DNA of 16,368 nt, taken from NCBI GenBank assembly GCA_019057635.1, contig DXJL01000011.1, positions 1 to 16,368 on the forward strand. Direction: 5' to 3'. Below are positions 1 to 7,153 of this stretch, piece after piece. The number at the start of each line of letters is the position of its first letter. The stretch's first letter is position 1. Source of the DNA: Candidatus Heimdallarchaeota archaeon (GTDB lineage: Archaea; Asgardarchaeota; Heimdallarchaeia; Hodarchaeales; Hodarchaeaceae). A program made the translations under genes and the position numbers. The notes beneath the pieces are model-generated. The model made no database searches. It saw nothing but the letters and a program-made list of their open reading frames with translations, and was not told the origin of the DNA.

Positions 1-1356
1 ATTGCTTTCTATTTAAAAGAAGTGCTTGTAGAACCTTCCAACTTTGATGCATTATTTGTAACCATGGTAACTTTTTCTGCAAAGCTTAGTGAGGGCTTAA
101 TTAACGTGCCTGTCGCTCGATTTTCCGATAATATAAGAACAAGATTTGGTAGAAGAAGACCATTTTTTTTGCTTACTCCCATCTGGGTGTTCTTTTTCGT
201 ATTAACATTTGCCTGTCCATTTGATGAAACATACCTCATACTTTTGTGGCTTCTTCTCGCATATGGGGGATTTCGATGGACTAATGCAGCGGTTGTAAAT
301 CCGTACCTTGCCCTTCTTCCCGAAATAGCACCAGAGGAACATCAACGTACTATTTATAATTCATATCGTACCTTATTTGTTTTACTCGGGACAATAATTG
401 GAGTAATAAGTTTCCCAATTTTACGAGGTTTATTTGTTGGATCTTTTGGAGAGTCAAAAATAACCGCATTTTATGCTACACTGCCAGTTGCGTTCCTAAC
501 ATTCATTGGCATGGTAGTAGTATTTTTCGGTGTAAAAGAGAATCCTAATGTGCCAGTAACCCAATTTGGTATGATAAAATCCTTTAAAGAGACATTCAAA
601 AATAAAACCTTTTTTCCTAGCTATTTGGCCACTGTCAGCGCCCTCATGCTAGCTGAATCTATGCTCCTTGCCTCGCTTCCGATGATTGCTCAAGATTATA
701 TTGGTCTCTCCCCCGATGATTTGATGGTATCTTTGATTTCAGGGATATTTGTTGTATCTGCAATAATATCCATTCCATTTATCACCAAACTTTCAAAACG
801 GGTCGGTAAAGCCAGATTGTATTACTATTGCTGTTTGTCTTTCGGTATATTGGCTTGGTTAATTATTTTTATCGGTCAGGTTCCATTTATTACTCCAGAA
901 AATTCCGTGTCTTTTACAGTGAGTGCTGATGACACAATTCAAGCTGTAACTAGCTCCGAATGGAAAAATTTTGCATTACTTCAGACTATTCTGACAATTA
1001 TGATAGTTGGTATTCCGGTTGGTGGTGTTATGGTGCTAGGCTATTCTGTCTTCTCTGATGTCATTGATTTCGATGAAAAACACACTGGTCAAAGAAGAGA
1101 ATCAATGTATTTTGCCGCACAAGGTGTAGTAGACTGGTTTTTTGCTGCTGCAGGGGATCTCATTCTTGGAATTTTACTTACACTTTTCGGAAGAGAATAT
1201 TTCTCTGATGCAATTACAACAGAATCTGGTCTATTAAACACTGGGCCAGCTGGGTTGCTTTTAGTTGGGCCCGTAGCTGGAGTTATACTTCTTCTCGGGG
1301 CCTATATGTTTCGGAAATACCCATTAATGGAAGAAAAGAAGAACAAAACAACATAA
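1..1356 (+). CDS. MFS transporter, GPH/MelB-like sugar-glycoside:cation symporter family (5'-truncated by the window edge)
   Basis: Frame 1 is open from base 1 (IAFYLKEVLVEP...), so the true start lies upstream. It has many hydrophobic segments and GPH motifs: SDNIRTRFGRRRPF, NPYLALLPEI, FKETFKNKTF, LSKRVGK and SDVIDFDEKHTGQRRESMYFA. Confidence 0.9.
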   Translation: MAFYLKEVLVEPSNFDALFVTMVTFSAKLSEGLINVPVARFSDNIRTRFGRRRPFFLLTPIWVFFFVLTFACPFDETYLILLWLLLAYGGFRWTNAAVVNPYLALLPEIAPEEHQRTIYNSYRTLFVLLGTIIGVISFPILRGLFVGSFGESKITAFYATLPVAFLTFIGMVVVFFGVKENPNVPVTQFGMIKSFKETFKNKTFFPSYLATVSALMLAESMLLASLPMIAQDYIGLSPDDLMVSLISGIFVVSAIISIPFITKLSKRVGKARLYYYCCLSFGILAWLIIFIGQVPFITPENSVSFTVSADDTIQAVTSSEWKNFALLQTILTIMIVGIPVGGVMVLGYSVFSDVIDFDEKHTGQRRESMYFAAQGVVDWFFAAAGDLILGILLTLFGREYFSDAITTESGLLNTGPAGLLLVGPVAGVILLLGAYMFRKYPLMEEKKNKTT

Positions 1357-1374
1357 AATGTTGTTTCCAACACC

Positions 1375-1391
1375 TCTTCCTCTTTTTTTTC
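1375..1391 (+). terminator. possible archaeal oligo-T terminator
   Basis: A pyrimidine tract ending in T8 (1383-1390) lies about 25 nt after the MFS stop codon. Confidence 0.4.
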
Positions 1392-1507
1392 CCAAGTTAA
1401 CAATATAGATAAAAAAATAACGTTCTGGTTGTTGAAATTTCTTATTTGAATCATATAAAAGAAAATGATATAAAAATGATATAGAATAATGGTTATTTGG
1501 GATTTAT

Positions 1508-1804
1508 TTGGTATCCACCGAGAAAATACGCTTCCAATTACCTTCTAGTCGAAACTATTTTTGTGAAATGAAAAGAATAGAGGACGGGTACGAGCTGATA
1601 TTCTACCAAGCTATCACAAGAATAAAAACAATCCATATTTCTGAGGCTCAAATCGATCGTCAATACTTACATAAGGTCGCAATTAATGTAGGCATTGAAT
1701 TTTATGCTCTTACTGGTCCATATGATTGTGCAGATGAAATATTGCGACAGTGGCATAAACACTTCAAGAAAAAGGGCTGGAAAGAACGAATATTTGGTCG
1801 TTAG
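1508..1804 (+). CDS. small hypothetical protein (up to 98 aa; start uncertain, TTG)
   Basis: The ORF fills the gap after an AT-rich intergenic region. Its stop codon overlaps the convergent gene's stop at 1801-1804. No motif recognised. Confidence 0.5.
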   Translation: MVSTEKIRFQLPSSRNYFCEMKRIEDGYELIFYQAITRIKTIHISEAQIDRQYLHKVAINVGIEFYALTGPYDCADEILRQWHKHFKKKGWKERIFGR

Positions 1805-2763
1805 AATCCTGTATCCTTGGTTAATTTTGCTCGTAACTTTTCTATCATTTCTTTCGTCATTTTAGCTAGATCATACTCGGGATCCCAATTCCATTCTGCC
1901 CGTGCAACTGAGTCATCAACTGACTGAGGCCAAGAATCCGCAATTGCTTGCCGAAAGTCGGGTTTATAATCAATGGTAAAGTCTGGAATGATTTCTTTGA
2001 TAGATTGAGCAAGGATTCCTGCACTAAAACTCATAGAGCCAATATTAAATATTCTGTGCTTTAACTTGGCGTTATCAGCTTCAGCTAAATCAATCAATCC
2101 TTTTATGGCATCTGGCATGTACATCATAGGTAAAACAGTATCTTCCCGAACAAAACACATGTATGATCCTTGTTGTACTGCATCATAATAAATAGCTACA
2201 GCATAATCTGTGGTTCCTCCACCTGGAGGTGTCTCACTGCTAATAATACCAGGATATCTGACAGAGCGAACATCTACCCCATATTTATGATGGTAATAAT
2301 CAGCAAGTAGTTCTCCTGCGACTTTAGTGACCCCATAAATAGTAGTTGGCCGTAAAATCGTGTCATTAGGTGTATTCACCTTCGGGGTATCCGGTCCAAA
2401 TACTGCAATCGATGATGGCCACATAACGCTAATATCGTATGTACGAGCTACCTCTAAGACATTGTATAACCCATTCATGTTAATATCCCAGGTTGACTGT
2501 GGTTTATGTTCCCCAACGGCACTTAAGATGGATGCCATATGATAAATCGTGTCAACATTATTCTCAAAAGCAGTTTTTTCTAAATGATTACGATCCAAAA
2601 CATTCAGGTAACAAAATGGGCCATTGTTCTTAATATAAGCTGGAAGTTGTGTCCGTCGACCTGTAGCAATAACTACAGCATCTTTCCCATAGTGTTGACG
2701 TAGAGCCGTCACTAATTCAGTACCTATTTGACCAGCAGCACCAGTAACAAGTATATTCTTCAT
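1801..2763 (-). CDS. L-threonine 3-dehydrogenase, SDR (GalE/epimerase-like) type
   Basis: Rossmann motif ILVTGAAGQIG and catalytic YGVTK (YxxxK). Also SDR-TDH signatures LSAVGE, PSSIAVFGP, VRYPGIIS, PGGGTTDYAV, LPMMYMPD and RQAIADSWP. Confidence 0.9.
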   Translation of the reverse strand: MKNILVTGAAGQIGTELVTALRQHYGKDAVVIATGRRTQLPAYIKNNGPFCYLNVLDRNHLEKTAFENNVDTIYHMASILSAVGEHKPQSTWDINMNGLYNVLEVARTYDISVMWPSSIAVFGPDTPKVNTPNDTILRPTTIYGVTKVAGELLADYYHHKYGVDVRSVRYPGIISSETPPGGGTTDYAVAIYYDAVQQGSYMCFVREDTVLPMMYMPDAIKGLIDLAEADNAKLKHRIFNIGSMSFSAGILAQSIKEIIPDFTIDYKPDFRQAIADSWPQSVDDSVARAEWNWDPEYDLAKMTKEMIEKLRAKLTKDTGF

Positions 2764-3157
2764 AAAAAATCCCTTCAGGCCTTAATCAGTTTGTATACTT
2801 CAATGGTTATTTGATTTCTTATCCCATTCATCTAAAAATATAGAGGAGAGAACCACGAAGAGAAGGAAAAGAGTAGTAAATAGTAAGGAAAACAAAATTA
2901 ACCTAATTAAATGAATCCATTACAACTTTAATTTCCCGTTTCTCATGGATTTCAGTCATCCCTTTTTCCCAATCAATCATATTTACACGATGCGTGATAA
3001 TATTATTTTTAAGCTTATCCTGCAAGTTTTTTGACTTTAAGAGCCCTTTCATTACTTGCTAAGTTTGAAATTTACGTCGGCCAGCAATTCCAAAAACTGA
3101 TGTTCCCTTACTAATCATCAATGAATTAATATCAAATTCAATTGATCCTGGAAAGAA

Positions 3158-3330
3158 CCGTTCTGAAAGACTTACCCAAATAGGACAGCTAGGAATAATT
3201 TGGAAAAATTATTCTTAACTATCTTTGGAGCTGTTCTTCCTGATTCAGCGACGCGAGCCGGCATTAATGCTGGTCTTACCGCCTCTCCACAGGCGTTTAA
3301 AGTCTCCGCAGAACTCTCGGCGACGGGAAA
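3158..3330 (-). ncRNA. putative TnpB omegaRNA (reRNA) scaffold, copy 1; guide would continue into 3157-3138
   Basis: The pattern AACGCCTGTGGAGAG...GTAAGACC...GAATCAGGAA is typical of tnpB 3' ends. Pairings seen: CCTG/CAGG, hairpin CCAGCAT-TA-ATGCCGG, long hairpin CCAAA-GATAGTTA-GAATAATTT / AAATTATTC-TAGCTGTC-TTTGG, and a possible AAGAC/GTCTT pseudoknot next to the element end. The 5' boundary is approximate. Confidence 0.7.
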
Positions 3331-3559
3331 TACACATGACTTTTCTGCTTGATTAGCAGCTTTTCTTCTTATAAACCTACTAGCCCTGTAATCATAAACA
3401 AATTTGCTTGTTTCCCGTTATTCTAATATCAAGAAGTTACAGATCGCGTCATTTTAGGTATAATCGCATGAGATCGGTTGAACACTCTGTTAATCATGAA
3501 TTTTAATCTCTACCCCTTCCTCTAAGATATCCTGCCTTCTATTTCTCTTCTTTCCCTAA

Positions 3560-3591
3560 TGTCATCTTGTCCTTAAATGTCCATATCTGTC
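3560..3591 (-). repeat. phased GACA direct repeats at the element left end (candidate TnpA binding sites)
   Basis: TGTC occurs on the + strand at 3560, 3568, 3578 and 3588. The equivalent motifs in copy 2 are at 8913, 8930, 8940 (TGGC) and 8950. Confidence 0.55.
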
Positions 3592-4016
3592 AATCTATCC
3601 GACAACAGTATTGACCCCTAGTAGAGAAACACGACCACCATACGTTAATGATTCTAAACCGTGTTTGAGAGCATAAATATTCCCTGCCATTTCAAGAAGA
3701 ACATTAACTCCTACTTCATCTGTTGCATCTTTAATAATTTTAGGAATTTTCTCCCCTTCCCCTCGGGTATTAAAAACCATATCTGCACCTAGCTTTTTTG
3801 CAGTTTCTAACCTCAGTAAATTATTTCCACCAGCTGTAACGAACACTTGTCCTGCCCCAAGCATTTTTACTTCTGGGATGGCCATGAGACCAATAGGGTC
3901 AGCACCAGTGATGAGAATATTTTTACACGCAATATCTTCAATATTATCTTTGGGTAATATAGTATGAACTGCATTTCCTTATCACATAAGATGCTTGTCT
4001 GATATGATACTCAACC

Positions 4017-4871
4017 CTAGAATAAGGGATGGTTACTAATAAGGAGCTCAGGATTACCTTTCTGGGTATTGTTCATATCATTATAGGTATTATAGCCTAA
4101 TATGTAGAACTGACTGAAAATTTCCCTGATAAGAGGCGTATCACGATTTGATAAGAGCCAGTGAATTGGTAGAGAAGTTAGGAGATCTTTCAATTTATCA
4201 ATATCAATTTGATTATATTTTTTCCCGTACAATGAGCCTTTTTGAGCAACATCATGATATGGGGGGTCTAAATAAAGGAAATAATCTATTAAGTCATCAT
4301 CTGGAGAGAGCGAAACTATTATCTTTTTATAATCAAAATTAGTGATTCGCACCTTTTTGTTTTCAAATATCTGATGGATAAAACGCCACATTTTTGGTTT
4401 ATTCTGATACCATTTTCGATGGGCTTTCTCATGACTATATCCACCTCCAGCACCATTCGGAGAGCAATTGAGAATTACCAATCTTCTTATTGCACGATCC
4501 AATGTTTTGGAGGGATTAAATTGTTTCCAGTGATAGTAATCATCCCTTGTGACTGGCTCTAACGATTTTATGGATTCTATGAGTAGTTGTAGTAAAGTTG
4601 AATCCTGCATACAGCTTAACAATGAAAATATTTCTGGATCTTTATCATTTAACCATACTTGTGAAATTTGGGGAGATAAGGCAATGAAAACATTGGCTAA
4701 GCCAGCAAATGGTTCAACAAAATATTCTATATGTTTAGGAATGGACAAATAAAGTGGGAGATGTTTTTTCTTATCACTTTTACCTCCAGGAAAACTGGCA
4801 ATTGTGGTGCGCTTGGGGAGAAACAATTGTTCGTCTAATAAACGTGAGTTATCCCACATTTTCTCCATCAA
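4017..4871 (-). CDS. DNA adenine methyltransferase, Dam/D12 class
   Basis: Motifs FPGGKS, SAM-binding FVEPFAG, WLNDKD, catalytic FLYLDPPY, WLLSNRD and C-terminal ELLISN. The start is uncertain by a few codons. Confidence 0.88.
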   Translation of the reverse strand: MMEKMWDNSRLLDEQLFLPKRTTIASFPGGKSDKKKHLPLYLSIPKHIEYFVEPFAGLANVFIALSPQISQVWLNDKDPEIFSLLSCMQDSTLLQLLIESIKSLEPVTRDDYYHWKQFNPSKTLDRAIRRLVILNCSPNGAGGGYSHEKAHRKWYQNKPKMWRFIHQIFENKKVRITNFDYKKIIVSLSPDDDLIDYFLYLDPPYHDVAQKGSLYGKKYNQIDIDKLKDLLTSLPIHWLLSNRDTPLIREIFSQFYILGYNTYNDMNNTQKGNPELLISNHPLF

Positions 4872-4920
4872 GGTAAACTCCGAAATTAAGTGGACAAAAG
4901 GAGAGGTAGATATCTATTTT

Positions 4921-5385
4921 TCATTTGGAATGGTAAGTATTCGTATTCTTAAATGTATCTTCTATTTTTGGAATAATTGAACTAAACTGTTTTACCTCTT
5001 CAATTTCATTGATTCTTGCTGCACGGAAAAATTTATACAATAATTGTCTAGGGTAAGGATCAATAAGTCCGTGACCTTTACGTTTTTGGAGTTCCTTCTT
5101 CAAATCACTTCGCATATGCTTCCCCTCCTTATCAAAGTCCAGAAGAAGTATGATTATTGAAACAGGATAAATTTGATCTGCAAGTTTGCTCAGAGACAAA
5201 CCCTTTCTAGCCAAAATTTTTCCGTTAATTAGCGTGATTCCAATGGCTTCTAATGCTTCAATATCTCGTTTTCCTTCAACGATAAGAACAACTGGTTCCC
5301 TGATCGAGTTGCAATACGCAACAAATTGAATTAATATGCCAAGGGGAAGATTAGTTGACGGTTTCATTATCTCAAAATTCGTCAT
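4921..5385 (-). CDS. small stand-alone Toprim-domain protein (archaeal small primase-like / RNase M5-like)
   Basis: Toprim motifs LIVEGKRDIEAL and LLLDFDKEG (DxD). Its start overlaps the upstream stop codon (ATGA, 5382-5385). Confidence 0.85.
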   Translation of the reverse strand: MTNFEIMKPSTNLPLGILIQFVAYCNSIREPVVLIVEGKRDIEALEAIGITLINGKILARKGLSLSKLADQIYPVSIIILLLDFDKEGKHMRSDLKKELQKRKGHGLIDPYPRQLLYKFFRAARINEIEEVKQFSSIIPKIEDTFKNTNTYHSK

Positions 5386-6905
5386 TCACGTGCGAGAAGC
5401 ATTCCTTCAATAGTAACTGGTAAATCACCTTTTACTAATTCAGCTTCTGCTGCTGCTAGCTTTTTCTCATTAGATGAATATAATGTAAACAAAATTTCAC
5501 CCCGTTTAACAGAATCCTTCTTCTTATGAAAATATATTCCTGCTCGTTTATCCATTGGTGCGCCTGCAGCACGTGCAGCTCGGACGATGACTTTGTTATC
5601 AATTTCAACGACATAACCACTTTGAGGTGCCAAATATTCATAGGTAGCAGATCCAACTTCTATATCTGCAGGTTTCAAGTCTGGATCAGCGTTCTGAGCC
5701 TCTAAGATTTGTTGGAACTTCTTATACGCTTTACCCGAATTTAAAATCTCATACGCCATTTCTTGACCTGTACCAGGAATCGTTTTCCCAGCCATCTCAA
5801 GTAGAATACCCGCTAAGGAGGTACTCTTTCCAACTAAAGAATGAGGAGCTTCTAAAGAGTTTTTTAAACTTGTCAGGGCCTCTCTAGCCTCTAATGCAGG
5901 GCCAATAGCATTGCCAACAGGTGAGCTTCCGTAGGTTATACCACTTTCGATACGAATCCCGACTAGACGACCTAATTCAGAAAAGCGATGAGCAAGACGC
6001 TTGCCAGTATCTAAATTAGCCACTTTAGTCCCATAACCGCATGGAATGTCTAAGACAAGGAACTTGACTCCCATTGCGATTTTCTTGGAAATGACAGAAG
6101 CCATCATCATTGGTTCAGGATCGATACCCAGCGGATACTGAACATCACGGATAATCTTTTCATCGGCTGGAACAATATTCAAACCACCTGTCCATGCAAT
6201 TAATCCACCAATGTTTTGAGCTATGTCTACCATCTCATCGATGGTGAATTCAATGTCACACCCTAGAGCTTCCATAGTATCTGCCGTACCAGAAGGGCTG
6301 GTGATAGCACGTGAGGATGTTTTCGGAATTGTTAATCCTACAGCAGCAATGATAGGAACAACTAGAAGAGTTACCTTATTACCAGGAACCCCACCGAGAG
6401 AATGCTTATCAAAGATTACAGTTTCACCCCAGTTGATTGTCTCTCCAGAACGGGCTCTTGCCTTAGTTAGACATTCAACCTCTCCAATACTCCACTCTTG
6501 AAGCATTTGAGAGGTTAGAAATACAGACTCCTCAAGCGGGGTCATGTTATCAAGTGTGATGTCGCTGACAATCTGGTCTATTTCATTTTTAGTGAATATT
6601 TTTCCAGGTTGGGTTATTCGTTGCTTAATCAAGGAGAAACTCTTAGAGATAGTCCTGCCCACTGATTGAAGTGTCACCATCTCTCCTTCTGTAACTCCTA
6701 GTTTATTCATCATGACCTGGGTTAGTCCTATTTGGTTTTCTTCTAAAAGACATTTAAATTTGAATACTTGTCCGACTTTTGCCTCTTTTCCTTTGAAGGA
6801 TAAAGCAAATTTCGCTTGTGTAACGATATGTTGATTATTCTCCGCGGAAACAATCACGGCATCTTTTGGGTCAATTTTAGAAGTTACAACTTTGTATTCT
6901 GGCAT
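5382..6905 (-). CDS. deoA: AMP phosphorylase (archaeal thymidine/pyrimidine-nucleoside phosphorylase family)
   Basis: Motifs DKHSLGGVPGNK, IPKTSSRAITSPSGTADTME, ASVISKK, DIPCGYGTKV, IGPALEAREAL and ARAAGAPMDKRAGI. It is 507 aa with the N-terminal extension typical of AMP phosphorylases. An AAGGTGA RBS precedes the ATG. Confidence 0.93.
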   Translation of the reverse strand: MPEYKVVTSKIDPKDAVIVSAENNQHIVTQAKFALSFKGKEAKVGQVFKFKCLLEENQIGLTQVMMNKLGVTEGEMVTLQSVGRTISKSFSLIKQRITQPGKIFTKNEIDQIVSDITLDNMTPLEESVFLTSQMLQEWSIGEVECLTKARARSGETINWGETVIFDKHSLGGVPGNKVTLLVVPIIAAVGLTIPKTSSRAITSPSGTADTMEALGCDIEFTIDEMVDIAQNIGGLIAWTGGLNIVPADEKIIRDVQYPLGIDPEPMMMASVISKKIAMGVKFLVLDIPCGYGTKVANLDTGKRLAHRFSELGRLVGIRIESGITYGSSPVGNAIGPALEAREALTSLKNSLEAPHSLVGKSTSLAGILLEMAGKTIPGTGQEMAYEILNSGKAYKKFQQILEAQNADPDLKPADIEVGSATYEYLAPQSGYVVEIDNKVIVRAARAAGAPMDKRAGIYFHKKKDSVKRGEILFTLYSSNEKKLAAAEAELVKGDLPVTIEGMLLARE

Positions 6906-6976
6906 ATGTTCACCTTAGATCTAGTTCCCAAGATATCCCCTTTTGCATAATGGGAACTATGCACTCTTCATCTAAG

Positions 6977-7000
6977 TATAAATATTTAGTCTTTTTTCAG
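6977..7000 (-). promoter_or_regulatory. candidate BRE/TATA promoter for the AMP phosphorylase operon
   Basis: The minus strand reads GAAAAAAGACTAAATATTTATA, a purine run followed by TTTATA, about 72 nt upstream of the ATG. Confidence 0.35.
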
Positions 7001-7153
7001 GAGACCTTTTTTGGATTTAGGATGATTTCTAACTTATCATAATGGAGGTATACCTTGATAAGCGGTCACCATAATTAAAAACAATTTAAAGGTAGTTTTA
7101 AGGGATATAGAAGGTAAGAATCAAATATAAAGTTACAGAGGATGAAGTTTGGA

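Larger units (their letters stand above)
3158..3617 (-). mobile_element. non-autonomous IS607-family (tnpB-derived) element, copy 1
   Basis: Near-identical to 8509-8979. Minus-strand junctions are CTACTAG-GG-GTCAATAC...TTTCAGAAC-GG-TTCTTT. There are no terminal inverted repeats and GG is present at both ends. Removing 3158-3615 rejoins tdh in frame (CTA CTA GGG TTC TTT). It carries a TnpB-tail-like remnant, PVAESSAETLNACGEAVRP. Confidence 0.85.
2903..3978 (-). pseudogene. tdh: Zn-dependent (MDR-type) L-threonine 3-dehydrogenase remnant, interrupted by a mobile element
   Basis: Manual translation gives GNAVHTILP...KNILITGADPIGLMAI...GGRVSLLG (3978-3616), then an insertion, then FFPGSIEFDINSLMISKGTSVFGIAGRRKFQT*QVM...IITHRV...IKVVMDSFN* (3157-2903). 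The N-terminal part is missing (in-frame TGA TAA precede GNAVHT). The GxGPIG motif reads GADPIG. A TAG at 3059-3061 sits where TDH normally has Trp. Confidence 0.88.

Noticed and set aside
3059-3061. In-frame TAG as pyrrolysine or stop-codon readthrough
   Set aside because: It sits at a position that is normally Trp (TGG to TAG, a single transition) in a gene with several other lesions. TAG is used as a normal stop elsewhere in the window.
3589-3615. IscB/HEARO-type omegaRNA, suggested by the GTCAAT...ATTGAC hairpin at the element start
   Set aside because: The rest of the element shows TnpB-tail and right-end motifs with GG junctions, which fit IS607/TnpB better. No IscB remnant was seen. 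A covariance-model search would settle it.
3158-3615. Self-splicing intron or IStron, since removal restores the tdh frame
   Set aside because: I could not identify a group I catalytic core or group II GUGYG start and domain V. The second copy is intergenic, and the host gene is dead from other lesions.
3595-3885. 96-aa ORF as an independent gene
   Set aside because: It is the middle fragment of the tdh pseudogene, reading a few codons into the inserted element.
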